Part shown: positions 10,089 through 20,099 of the stretch, piece by piece
How the letters are laid out: each line of letters starts with the position of its first letter
How positions within the stretch are numbered: the stretch's first letter is position 1
From: Alphaproteobacteria bacterium
GTDB lineage: Bacteria; Pseudomonadota; Alphaproteobacteria; Acetobacterales; Acetobacteraceae
DNA length: 64,000 bases
NCBI GenBank assembly: GCA_016869715.1
Contig: VGDM01000011.1
Location: forward strand, 379-64,378
Direction: 5' to 3'
Notes under the pieces: generated by a model
The model's database searches: none
Told to the model about the DNA's origin: nothing
Seen by the model: only the letters and a program-made list of their open reading frames with translations
Position numbers and translations under genes: made by a program

Positions 10089-10640
10089 ATGAAGCGACGC
10101 GCCGCCTTGCTGCTGGGCCTTGCCGTACCAGGGGAGGCGCTGGCGCAGAGCACACCGCGCGCGGCGGAATTGGATCAGCTTTTTGCCGTGCTGCGTGACA
10201 GCCAGGATGCGGCGCAGCTTGCCTTGGCGGAAGCACGGATCAGGCAAATATGGATCGAAGCGGCATCGCCCGCTGCGCGGCTCTTGCTGCAGCGCGGCAC
10301 GCGCAATTTGAATGCGCGGCTGCCGGAAGAAGCGATTGAGGATTTTGACGCGGCGGTAACGCTGGCCCCCAATGCGGCAAGTGCCTGGCATTTGCGCGCG
10401 GAAGCCTTGGCGGCGCTCGGACAGCTACGCGAAGCGGCGCGCGATTTGGCCGAGGCGTTGCGCCTGGAACCACGCCACTTCATCGCGCTGCAAAGCCTGT
10501 CGCGTTTGCAGAAGGAAGCAGCCGATGCGCCCGGCGCTTTGCGCAGCATGGAAGCAGCCTTGGCGCTTTACCCAGCCCTGCCCGGCGGGGCCGAGGCGCT
10601 CCGGCGCCTGAAGGCGGCGGCGGAGGGTCAGGCACTCTGA
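10089..10640 (+). CDS. Exported tetratricopeptide-repeat protein
   Basis: Signal-like N-terminus, TPR-like helices (AVTLAPNAASAWHLRA; ALRLEPRHFIAL). Confidence 0.8.
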   Translation: MKRRAALLLGLAVPGEALAQSTPRAAELDQLFAVLRDSQDAAQLALAEARIRQIWIEAASPAARLLLQRGTRNLNARLPEEAIEDFDAAVTLAPNAASAWHLRAEALAALGQLREAARDLAEALRLEPRHFIALQSLSRLQKEAADAPGALRSMEAALALYPALPGGAEALRRLKAAAEGQAL

Positions 10641-11015
10641 TGGCGAGGAGGTCTGCGCGCGTTGCTGTCAGGGGTGCTGACGCGCGCGGCGGAGGGGCCT
10701 ACGGCTTCCCGCTACATGCTCCGTTGTGAATGCAACCGGGTTGATCCGGGTCGTGATAAACAAAGGCCAATAAACCAAATATCAAGTTCCTGATTTTACG
10801 TTGTTTTGGTCAAGTTCAACCGTACTTGGCACAATATCCCTTGCGGGCGCGACAAGACCACATCCCTACACAAAACTTGGCGGTGCTACGAAAGAGGATT
10901 GTCGAGAAATTCAAGAGGGTTGTTGAGTCTCCGGCATCTGCCAAAAACTTGATGATCGTCATGTTTGGTTTGGTGGTGGGGTCATCATAGCTGCAATCGT
11001 GCCTCGGAGGGCCGG

Positions 11016-12365
11016 ATGCAAAGGCCAATCATCCAGGACCAAAGCGCCCTCATGTCTGCAAGCTCTGCGTTGAACAGTGATCATAAGTCCGGCCAGCAGG
11101 CTCCGCAGGATCCGGCGGCATTCCGCGACCGTGCGGTATTAGTGGCCTTCACCACGCCGCAGCTATTGGGTGCTCGGGTTCGGCAGTCGGATGAGGGTGG
11201 CGCGCCTGAACTCGTCCTGATGGGCGCTTCGGGCAAATTGAGTCGCTCAATACTCGCCGGGCAGGATGTCCCATTAGTGGCCGGAATCACCGCCCATGAT
11301 GTTTTCCTGTGGCGTCGCTCGCGCGAACTGACATCCCTTTCCCCGGGACCCATCCGTGTGGCTGCCTTGGATACAGCCCTGGAAGGTTGGCGCGGCAGGG
11401 CCGCCATGGCTTGGGCGGAGGAACAGAAAGCGGCCGATGCCACAGCGCTGCGGCGCATGTTTTTCCTGCTCCTGACGGATTTGATTCGCCGCACTGAATT
11501 GCCGGCCGAAGCCAAGGTATCGCTGGAACAGGAAACCCTGATCTATCTGCGCCCAAGAATCGGCAAGGCGGTGGCGCGGATTGCGCGCCGGTTCGAAACC
11601 AGCACGGAAAAAGTCGAAGCGTCGATTGAAGCGTTGGCGGGCGTTTTCATGCCCCTCGGCAAGGCCACTGATGCCGTCACTGGCCATGCGCGTTGTGCCT
11701 ACGCTGAATTGCAGGCCTTCGCGCAGGAACTCGACAGATGGCTTTTGGCGCCACGGGACAATAGCCGCGGATTGAACGCTGAGTTCATGCTGAGGCGGGC
11801 GAAGATTACTCTCAGGTGCGCCAAAGCGGCCATCAGCGAATTGGATCGCGTGCTGGACGATACCACGATTTTGTTGCGCGCCTGGCAGCGCGACCAGCAA
11901 TCGGTGACGCGCCGCGCCCTGCGCCCCGAATGGCTTTTGAATGGCTGGGACATCATCATCGCCCTGTGGCAGCAATCAGAGCCTTCAGACCGCACAGCCG
12001 TCATTTGGGAAATGAGCCATCTGGTGCTGGAATTGCCAAAGGAAGTTGAAGGTTGGGGCGGCTTCCCAGAAGGTGCCGCCAAGTTCCGCCTTGAAGTGCC
12101 AGCCCAGGTGCAAGGCCTGGATTGGCGGTGCATTCGGCCTTTGACCTTTGCTGCAAGGAATGAATCCCTGCTTGCCGGAGCCCATGCCAATTCTCTCGCC
12201 TTGGAAGCGAAGAAACTGCGGGAAGCTTTTCTCGTGCAATCCACCCGCGCCCTCACCCAGGATGCGGATAAGGCAACGAAGGGTGAAGACGCGCTTTCGG
12301 CGCATTTCCAAGCGCACCTCCAAGGCTTCGGATACGGTTTTGCAGCAGGTGGTGGCGGCACTTGA
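11016..12365 (+). CDS. Hypothetical helical protein; possibly the 5' part of a frameshifted larger gene
   Basis: Long ORF with GGAGG upstream of ATG 11016; its last ~70 codons overlap the next ORF in another frame. Confidence 0.6.
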   Translation: MQRPIIQDQSALMSASSALNSDHKSGQQAPQDPAAFRDRAVLVAFTTPQLLGARVRQSDEGGAPELVLMGASGKLSRSILAGQDVPLVAGITAHDVFLWRRSRELTSLSPGPIRVAALDTALEGWRGRAAMAWAEEQKAADATALRRMFFLLLTDLIRRTELPAEAKVSLEQETLIYLRPRIGKAVARIARRFETSTEKVEASIEALAGVFMPLGKATDAVTGHARCAYAELQAFAQELDRWLLAPRDNSRGLNAEFMLRRAKITLRCAKAAISELDRVLDDTTILLRAWQRDQQSVTRRALRPEWLLNGWDIIIALWQQSEPSDRTAVIWEMSHLVLELPKEVEGWGGFPEGAAKFRLEVPAQVQGLDWRCIRPLTFAARNESLLAGAHANSLALEAKKLREAFLVQSTRALTQDADKATKGEDALSAHFQAHLQGFGYGFAAGGGGT

Positions 12366-13500
12366 AGCCGTGCCGTCGTGCGCAGTGCTTGATCCCATCA
12401 TTGAAGCGGCGCACCCAAGGCTGAGGATGCTGCGCCCCCCGCGCCCAATCACCTTTACGCGTATCCTGTTCCCGCCTTTTGATGGCGCGGTTGTGCCGCT
12501 TAATGAATGGGCTCCGGGCAGTGCCAAACTGCCACGCCCCGCGCTTTTGCCGATTTCCGAGGCGTTGCGTGCAGCGATGGGCCCGTCGGCTGAAAAAATC
12601 TCAGCCAATCTTGGCGGGCGCATTTTCTTTGATGTGCTGCAAATGGATTCAGCAGGCCGCGCCCTTTGGGCGAAAGCAGCCCAACTCGCCCCGACCCTTT
12701 CCTTCCCGCAAGGTTTGCCTGATGGGGCGCAGGTCTAGGAATTGCTCAAGCTCGCGGCCAGCATTTGGCGACATGCGGATCGCATTTGGGAAGCGAAGCT
12801 TGCCTCCTTTTCCGGTCCATCGCCTGAACTGGTCATCGCCGCGCTGAAGGGCCCGACGCAGGAAGGGCAAAATGTCTTCAGCCTTGCCTTGTCTAGCCTA
12901 CTTGATCGCGCGCAAAGCCCAGGATCGGTACTTGCTGCCGCGTCACGGCTTTCGCCGATTGCCGGAAGCATTACTGATGAAAAGCTGACGGAATTGCAGC
13001 GCGCGCCTGTGGAGGCCCTGCCTGCGGAAGACCCTGTGCGCGCCGCGCATATCGCAGAAGAATATGTCGCGCTGCTAAAGGAGCTTAAAGGCGCCCCGTC
13101 CGGTCGCCCCAAGGATCGGTGCGCGGTGATAGCGCCCTTGCTGCAGCAGATCGGCGTTGCGGCCGAGGAAGTCACGCAATCTATCGTCAACGTCAATCGT
13201 CAATTGCTGCCCGCCTTGCATGACCCAAATGCCAAGCACCGTGGAGCCGTTGTGCTGAATATCGAAATCTTGGCGCGCGCGCTTCGCCGCCTGGAAGATG
13301 CCGGGCGCCGTGCGGGGCGCTTTGAAGCCTTTTACAAGGTCCAGGCCAGCCACTCGGTCAAGCTCAAGGCCGTGCTGAATGCGCTGCGTGGTGGCGGGCT
13401 GCAACGCCATGACATCATCCGCATTGCCGAAATTCTGCTGGGCACCGAAAGAGCCATGGCCATCTCGGGGCCGCCACCCAAACCCGCCGGGCCGCGATAG
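12148..13500 (+). pseudogene. Hypothetical protein interrupted by an in-frame TAG at 12736-12738
   Basis: ORFs 12148-12738 and 12742-13500 are in the same frame, separated only by TAG-GAA; reads ...PDGAQV*ELLKLAASIW... Confidence 0.7.
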
Positions 13501-13594
13501 GCGCGCGCCCCTCCGACGGCACAAAAGGGGTTCCCTGAGCGTACGGCCTGCGCCATGATCACCGCATGTGACCACTCTTTGGCAGGATAAATCC

Positions 13595-15049
13595 ATGGCT
13601 CTCCGCTGCGATCTGATCATCCGCGATGCGACCATCATTGATGGTACCGGCGCTGCAAGCCGGCGCGGCGATATTGGGGTTTCGGGGGATCGCATCGTGG
13701 CGGTTGGCGATCTGGGCGGCGCGAGTGCGGACCGCGAAGTGATGGCGGGCGGCAAGGCAGTGGCACCGGGTTTCATTGACAGCCACACCCATGATGACCG
13801 CGCCGTGCTGTGTGGCCCCGCCTGCATGACCTGCAAGATCAGCCAGGGCGTCACCACGGTTGTTGTCGGCAATTGTGGTGTCAGCCTGGCGCCCGCGCGT
13901 TTCACCAATCGCCCGCCGCCGCCGCTTGATCTGATTGGCGAAGATGGTTGGTGGCGCTTCGACAGTTTCGGTGATTATGCGCATGAGCTGAAAAAACAGG
14001 GCTCGGAAGTCAATACCTATGCGCTGGTCGGCCACCAGACTATGCGGGTTGAGGTGATGAATGGCGATGTCATGCGCGTTGCCAATGATGCCGAAATTGA
14101 ACGCATGCGGCTGCGCGTCAAGCAATCCCTTGCCGATGGCGCCTCAGGATTCTCGACCGGGCTTTACTATCCGCTGAATATGCATGCCACTACGGAAGAA
14201 GTGATCGCGGTGGCCGAGCCACTCCGCGCTTACGGCGGCATTTACGTGACGCATATGCGTGATGAGGCGGATCGCGTGTGCGCTTCCATCGAAGAAACGC
14301 TGAAGATCGGTGATCGTGTCGGCTGCCCGGTTTGGATCAGCCACCATAAATGCTCGATGCCGGAAAATTACGGGCGGTCCAATCAGACGCTCGCCCTGAT
14401 TGATGCCTATGCGCAAAGCCAGGAAGTCTGCTTTGACGTTTATCCTTATCCAGCGGGCTCCACCGTGTTGATGCCAGATCGGCTGCGCGATGATGTGAAG
14501 GTGATGATTACCTGGTCCATTCCGCATCCGGAAATGGCGGGCAAATACCTGTCCGATATTGCGCGCAGCTGGAATACAGATATTCGCCTGGCGGCTGAAC
14601 GTTTGCTGCCCGCAGGCCAGATCACCTTCCAAATGGATGAGGCAGATGTGCGGCGCATCATGGCGCATCCCATGTCGGTGATTGGCTCCGATGGCATTCC
14701 GCATGATGCGCATCCGCATCCCAGGCTTTGGGGCACTTTCCCGCGCGTGCTGGGCCTTTATGCGCGCGAATTGCGCCTGTTCAGCCTTGAGACCGCCGTG
14801 CATAAAATGACGGGTCGCCCCGCTACTGTCTTTGGCATGGTGGATCGCGGCGTTATCCGCGAAGGCGCCTATGCCGATCTGGTGCTGTTTGATCCCAATA
14901 CGGTGATTGACCGTGCGACTTTCGAAAACCCGAAGCAGGAAAGCGCCGGGATCGAGGAAGTCTGGGCCAATGGTGTTTCCACCTTCGTCGCCGGCAAAGG
15001 CGCCACGGGGGAAAGGCCGGGGCGTCTTGTAACTCGTGGGCGGGCGTAA
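13595..15049 (+). CDS. N-acyl-D-amino-acid deacylase (D-aminoacylase), amidohydrolase family
   Basis: PGFIDSHTHDD, QGVTTVVVGNCG, THMRDE, SHHK, IGSDG, HPRLWGTFPRVLG. Confidence 0.9.
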   Translation: MALRCDLIIRDATIIDGTGAASRRGDIGVSGDRIVAVGDLGGASADREVMAGGKAVAPGFIDSHTHDDRAVLCGPACMTCKISQGVTTVVVGNCGVSLAPARFTNRPPPPLDLIGEDGWWRFDSFGDYAHELKKQGSEVNTYALVGHQTMRVEVMNGDVMRVANDAEIERMRLRVKQSLADGASGFSTGLYYPLNMHATTEEVIAVAEPLRAYGGIYVTHMRDEADRVCASIEETLKIGDRVGCPVWISHHKCSMPENYGRSNQTLALIDAYAQSQEVCFDVYPYPAGSTVLMPDRLRDDVKVMITWSIPHPEMAGKYLSDIARSWNTDIRLAAERLLPAGQITFQMDEADVRRIMAHPMSVIGSDGIPHDAHPHPRLWGTFPRVLGLYARELRLFSLETAVHKMTGRPATVFGMVDRGVIREGAYADLVLFDPNTVIDRATFENPKQESAGIEEVWANGVSTFVAGKGATGERPGRLVTRGRA

Positions 15050-15121
15050 TTAAAATGTCGCGGATCGTGCCCGATCCGCCCCAGGACCAATTCCTTTTTT
15101 GCGGCCGCTTAACAGAATTGA

Positions 15122-15186
15122 CCTGAATTTAATGGGGTCGAATTCTCCGAGCCGCCAAGTGAGACCACTTGGCTAGAAAATGCTTC
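15122..15186 (-). repeat. Palindromic interspersed repeat (BRU-RS/CIR-like), copy 1
   Basis: Reverse complement GAAGCATTTTCTAGCCAAGTGGTCTCACTTGGCGGCTCGGAGAATTCGACC...TCAGG aligns with 62246-62310; internal GCCAAGTG/CACTTGGC hairpin. Confidence 0.75.
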
Positions 15187-15278
15187 GGGCGCCAGCGCGC
15201 GCCCCCGCGCGCTTGGCTTCGCATCATAAGCGGTGGCTCCCGTTCGAGCGCTCGCCCGCCTGCGGCGGGTGTAGCTTT

Positions 15279-16445
15279 TCAGGTCCAGCGCCAGCGCCAA
15301 TCCGCCCAGGCTACCACCAAGCCTGCGAGTGACAGCAGAAGCCCCGCCGCAAATACCGTAGCGTGGCTTTCATCGGTCACGCGAAATAGCGCTGCCAAGG
15401 CAAAACCCGAAATGGCCTGCGCGACCGCAAAGCTTGCCGTCACGCGCACCCATATCACGCCGGCCAAGGCGTCCGCCCTTTCCCGCGCTGCGGCCAAGGC
15501 GACAGTCGTAATGCCAAGCGCGGTAAAGCCGGAAACCAGGCCGAGGGGCGCCAGCACCCAAAGCGCCCGAGGCAAGGCGAGCGCCAGCGCAATGCTCTGA
15601 ATGACCATCCAAACCAGCACGGCAAGGCGCCCGCCCCAACGATCCACCGCACGCCCACCCAGCACGGCACCCGCAATGCAGCCAAGGCCAAACAGCACCC
15701 ACATGCCGGCACCAAACGCAACACCAAGCCCCCTGCCTCGTGCTGCCAGGTCCGACAAATAGAGCATCGGCGGCACCAGTCCCGCCCCCGAAAATCCATA
15801 GGCAATGATGATGCCAAGCGCCGGCGGGGCGCGGCCTTCCGGCACGGTTTCCGCTGCCGGCGGGCGCGGCCAATAGTTGCGCGCCACCAGCCACAAGACC
15901 AGCACAAGAGCAGCAAGCCCAAGCCAGGCCGTCGCGACCCCGCCATGCAGCAATAGCGGCACCAACAACGCACCAAGCGTAATGCCGCCGCCTACACCAA
16001 ACAGCACCAGGCCACCCGCGCGGCCCCGGCGTTGTAGTGGTGTTACCGCCTGGACCGAAGGCCCCGCAAGGCCCATCAGCATGCCGCCTGAAATACCTGC
16101 CAGGCAGCGCCAAAAGCCGAGCCACGCCAACCCGCCACGCCAGGCACAGGCGGCAAAGGCCAGCACCGCTATCGCCATACCGATATCCAGCGCACGCGGC
16201 ACGGAAACGCGCCGCGCCAAGGCCCGCACGCCACCAACCCCGATCAGATAGCCGGAAAGATTGAGCGCCCCGAGCAAGCCCGCTTCAGCGCCATCCACCC
16301 AACCCGCCGCCACCATCGCCGGAAACAGCGGCACATAGGCAAACCGCGCGAGGCCGATGCCGGTGCAGGTGGCAGCCGTGCCGGAAAGGGCAATGCAGGT
16401 AGCAACCCGTGCATCATTTTCGCTTTCGCGTTGAATTAAAATGGC
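15279..16445 (-). CDS. YbfB/YjiJ-family MFS transporter, with no canonical start codon
   Basis: Family motif GIGLARFAYVPLFPAM lies partly upstream of the ORF-track GTG (16334); the frame is open to 16445 but has no ATG/GTG/TTG. Confidence 0.75.
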   Translation of the reverse strand, partial: AILIQRESENDARVATCIALSGTAATCTGIGLARFAYVPLFPAMVAAGWVDGAEAGLLGALNLSGYLIGVGGVRALARRVSVPRALDIGMAIAVLAFAACAWRGGLAWLGFWRCLAGISGGMLMGLAGPSVQAVTPLQRRGRAGGLVLFGVGGGITLGALLVPLLLHGGVATAWLGLAALVLVLWLVARNYWPRPPAAETVPEGRAPPALGIIIAYGFSGAGLVPPMLYLSDLAARGRGLGVAFGAGMWVLFGLGCIAGAVLGGRAVDRWGGRLAVLVWMVIQSIALALALPRALWVLAPLGLVSGFTALGITTVALAAARERADALAGVIWVRVTASFAVAQAISGFALAALFRVTDESHATVFAAGLLLSLAGLVVAWADWRWRWT

Positions 16446-16509
16446 TCAAACCCTCCACGCCCCGCGACACTGCCCGTTGCATGGGCGGGCGTAAAGCCAA
16501 AGCGCCGCC

Positions 16510-16766
16510 CTATTCCCCCCGCTGCGCTTCCTTGAGCGCCCGGCGCAGCTTGGCAATGCCGCTCCGTGTCTGCCCTTCGGTGCAAAGCTGGCGCCCCCCC
16601 CCTCGGCCAGGGCGCGCAAATCTGTTGGCGCCTCAATCTCCAGCGCTGCGAAGCGGCTTGAGAGCTCGGCGCAATATTCGGGAGAATCGGAAATCAGTGG
16701 TGGCGTTGCCTGCTGCTCAAAGGCAGCGGCGGGCAGAATGACCAGAAGGGGGAGTACCGATGGCAT
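16510..16766 (-). pseudogene. Small exported protein with two Cys, frameshifted in a G9 tract (16594-16602)
   Basis: Signal peptide plus DSPEYCAEL; shifting frame at the tract gives RQLCTEGQTRSGIAKLRRALKEAQRGE* ending at 16510. Confidence 0.6.
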
Positions 16767-16823
16767 GTCCGCTCCATAGGCAATCTTGCCCTGCCGGGTG
16801 ATGGCAGCCGGATGAAGCCCGCG

Positions 16824-18239
16824 TTATGCGCGGGAAATGAGTACCAGCCGCGCTTCCAGCCCTGGCCTTGCGGCGCCGGCCTGGCCATCCCCCAGGCGCA
16901 ATTCCCCGCCATGCAGCGCGGCTACGGCTTTTACCAGCGAAAGCCCTAGCCCGGAGCCTGGCAAGGCGCGGGATGGATCGGCGCGGAAGAAGCGCTGGCC
17001 GGCCCGGGCGCGATCCTCGGCGGCCAAACCCGGGCCTTCATCGCACACAATGATCTCACGCTTGCCGCGAACGGGCGCGCTGGCGCTGAGGTGGATGGTG
17101 CCACCTTCGGGGGTGAATTTCACTGCATTGTCCAGAAGATTGGCAATGGCTTGCAAGACCATGTCACGATCACCCACCATGGTAAGTGTTTGCGGCCAGG
17201 ATGTTTCCAATTGCTGGTCGCGTTCTTCGGCAAGCGCGCCATAGACCTCTGCCGCGTCGGTCAGCACCGTTGCCAGATCGAAAGGTGCGAAGGCGGCGCG
17301 GCGTGCCCCGGCCTCGGCCTCGGCAATGCGGAGCAGCGCCTGAAAGACACGGCTGATGCCATCCAGATCGGCGACGGTAGTTTCTATTGTGGCGCGCAGA
17401 CTTTCGTAATCGGGGGCGCTCAGCAGCGCGTTTTCAAGCCGCATGCGCGCGCGGGCGATGGGGGTGCGCAAATCATGCGCGATGGAATCTGAAACGCCCT
17501 TGATGCCGACCATAAGCTGATCAATCCGATCCAGCATGGCATTCATGCTTTCGCCCAATTGATCGAATTCATCGTGCTGCGCCGAAAGCGGCACGCGGCG
17601 GGAAAGATCACCGGCGGCGATGGCGCCGGCAGTGGCGGCAGCCGCGCGAAGCCGATCCGCCAGCGCGCGCCGCAGCGCCGCCGCACCAGCGAGCGCAAAG
17701 GCCACCGCCACAGCGAAGGACCACAGCAGCGCCTCAGACAAAAGGGAGCGCAGCTTTTCACGATCGGTCGCATCGCGCCCGATCAATAGGCGATGGTTCT
17801 GATCCAGCGGCAGATGGTAGACACGCGCGGGCACCGCGACCCCGTCGCGGCGCACCAAATCGGAAGCCCAGGAACCCGCGGACTCTGCCGCGCCCGGCCA
17901 GCGATCGAGATTGCCCGTCAGGCGATTCCCTGCTATAGTCGTTAGCAAATAGATGGCGTGGTCATCAATATCCACCGCCAATCTTTCGCCAACAGCGTCC
18001 TTCACTGCCGTAGCACCGCCGCCACGCCAGGCTTCCTGCAAACCAATCGCATCGGCGCGGATCGCATCATCCAATTGGCGCGAAAGCGTGCCCGCCGTGC
18101 CCCACCAGAGCATGAGCGCAAAGCCCAGCGTCGCCGCCAGAAACAGTACGGCAAAGAGCGCGGCAAAGCGAAAGCCGGCACTTTTCAGATAGGCGCCAAC
18201 ATCGCGCCAGCCGTCCCTATCCTCAGCCGGCGTGGCCAT
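16824..18239 (-). CDS. HAMP-domain sensor histidine kinase
   Basis: Two TM segments, HAMP, H-box IAHDLRTP, N-box NLLDNAVKF, DEGPG, GSGLGL. Confidence 0.95.
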   Translation of the reverse strand: MATPAEDRDGWRDVGAYLKSAGFRFAALFAVLFLAATLGFALMLWWGTAGTLSRQLDDAIRADAIGLQEAWRGGGATAVKDAVGERLAVDIDDHAIYLLTTIAGNRLTGNLDRWPGAAESAGSWASDLVRRDGVAVPARVYHLPLDQNHRLLIGRDATDREKLRSLLSEALLWSFAVAVAFALAGAAALRRALADRLRAAAATAGAIAAGDLSRRVPLSAQHDEFDQLGESMNAMLDRIDQLMVGIKGVSDSIAHDLRTPIARARMRLENALLSAPDYESLRATIETTVADLDGISRVFQALLRIAEAEAGARRAAFAPFDLATVLTDAAEVYGALAEERDQQLETSWPQTLTMVGDRDMVLQAIANLLDNAVKFTPEGGTIHLSASAPVRGKREIIVCDEGPGLAAEDRARAGQRFFRADPSRALPGSGLGLSLVKAVAALHGGELRLGDGQAGAARPGLEARLVLISRA

Positions 18240-18245
18240 GAAAGC

Positions 18246-18926
18246 TCAGGCGCCGGCGCGGATCATGTAGCCCGCATTGCGCACGGTATGGATCAAGGGC
18301 ACATCAAAGCCGCGATCCACCTTTTGCCGAAGGCGAGAAACATGGACATCAATCACATTTGTTTGTGGATCGAAATGATAATCCCAAACCTTCTCAAGCA
18401 GCATGGTGCGCGTGACCACCTGGCCTGCATGGCGCATCAGATGTTCAAGCAGGCGAAATTCGCGCGGCTGCACCTCAATCCGCTTGCTGCCCCGCGTCAC
18501 GGTGCGAGACAGCAGATCAACCTCAAGATCCGCCACGGTTAATTTGGTCGCTCGCACTTCCATGGCGGGGCGGCGCGCCAGAGCTTCAATGCGCGCCAGC
18601 AATTCGGCAAAGGCGAAGGGCTTGACCAGATAATCATCGCCGCCGGCCTTGAGGCCTTTGACGCGTTCATCCACGGCGCCAAGCGCGGTCAGGAACAAAA
18701 CGGGTGTCTTGTTGCCCTGGCTGCGCAGCGTCTCGACAATGCGGAGGCCATCCACGCCGCCCGGCAACATGCGGTCCAGAATCAGCAGATCAAAAGGCTC
18801 AGAAGCCGCCATGAACAGCCCATTGCGCCCATTCGCGACATTTTCGACGATATGGCCGGCCTCTTGCAGGCCCTTCTTCACAAAGCGCGCAACCTCGGCA
18901 TCATCCTCAACCAGCAGGATTTGCAT
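18246..18926 (-). CDS. OmpR-family response regulator
   Basis: ILLVEDD, LILDRMLP, DDYLVKPF, winged helix HTVRNAGY. Confidence 0.95.
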   Translation of the reverse strand: MQILLVEDDAEVARFVKKGLQEAGHIVENVANGRNGLFMAASEPFDLLILDRMLPGGVDGLRIVETLRSQGNKTPVLFLTALGAVDERVKGLKAGGDDYLVKPFAFAELLARIEALARRPAMEVRATKLTVADLEVDLLSRTVTRGSKRIEVQPREFRLLEHLMRHAGQVVTRTMLLEKVWDYHFDPQTNVIDVHVSRLRQKVDRGFDVPLIHTVRNAGYMIRAGA

Positions 18927-19007
18927 GACAGGCTAACTCCAGAAACAGCAGCGATTCATCAGCGGGCCAAGGCTACGCCGCTTCCTTGAAATATTCAAAA
19001 TGGCGCT

Positions 19008-20065
19008 TCAACCAGGCCCAGGCCGGCGCCCGACCTGGACGGTAATCTCCATCACGCGCCCTTCCCTGAGCAGGGATAGCTTCACATTCTGCCCGGGCGG
19101 AATGGCGGAAATGCCGCGCACCAGATCGCGATTATTCGTGATGCGCGCCCCATCCACGGATGTGATGACATGGCCCAGCCGCAGCCCGGATGGCGCGGCG
19201 GGGCTACCGCGTTCCACGCCCATGACCTGTGCGCCACCACGCGGCGGGCGGCCTGGTGCCGCTCCCACATCGCCCACAGACACGCCCAGCCAGCCACGTT
19301 CAACCCGCCCGCCGCGCAGCAATTGTTCAATCACCGGCCGCGCCAGATCGGATGGCACGGCAAAGCGGATTCCGGCCGAGGGTCCACTCGGCGAGAAGAT
19401 CAGCGTCGTGATGCCAATCACCTCACCCGCCATATTGAACAGCGGCGCGCCGGAATTGCCGGGATTGATTGGCGCATTGGTCTGGATGAAATCATCAAAA
19501 TTCCCCAGGCGAATATCGCGCCCAATGGCTGAGATGATGCCGGAAGTGACGGACCCGCCAAGCCCAGAGGGTTGCCCGCCGCCAACACCCATTGCCCCAC
19601 GCGCATCTGGCGCGAATGGCCAAGCGATACCGCCGATAAAGGTCGCTGCGGTTCGATCTTGAGCAGCGCGATATCGGTCAATTCATCAACACCCATGATG
19701 GTCGCGACATATTCCGACCCATCATGCAACCCAACCAGCACATTTGCGGCTTCGCCAAGCACATGCGCATTGGTCACGATTATGCCCGAAGGTTCAATGA
19801 TAAAGCCCGACCCAGCGGCCTGGATGAACGGCCCCCGGCGGCAGGAAGATTCGCGTTGGTCGCGCTTCCGCGGCTGTTTGCGCCATTCGGGCGGCACGCC
19901 ATCGCGCGTCGCCACCTGAATGCTCACCACTGCCGGGATCACGCGTTAAGCGAAATCGGCAAAATCCGGCAGGCCGCGCTGCGCAATGCCAGGGCCGCAG
20001 GTGCCAAGGGCGGCAGGCAGAAGAAGCGCGGCGCGGCGCGAAAGCTTGGGTTCAGACATGGTCAT
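19008..20065 (-). pseudogene. DegP/HtrA-family serine protease with PDZ; in-frame TAA plus 1-nt frameshift
   Basis: LPDFADFA*RVIPAVV (TAA 19946-19948); triad motifs VTNAHV, TDIALL, INPGNSG; frameshift at [12 protein letters not shown] near 19567. Confidence 0.9.
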
Positions 20066-20099
20066 GGTCCCGCATAAATGCGCCGCTTCGGCCCGCGCT

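Noticed and set aside
10826-10845. Sigma-54 promoter TGGCAC...TTGC
   Set aside because: GG-to-GC spacing is 13 nt rather than the required 10
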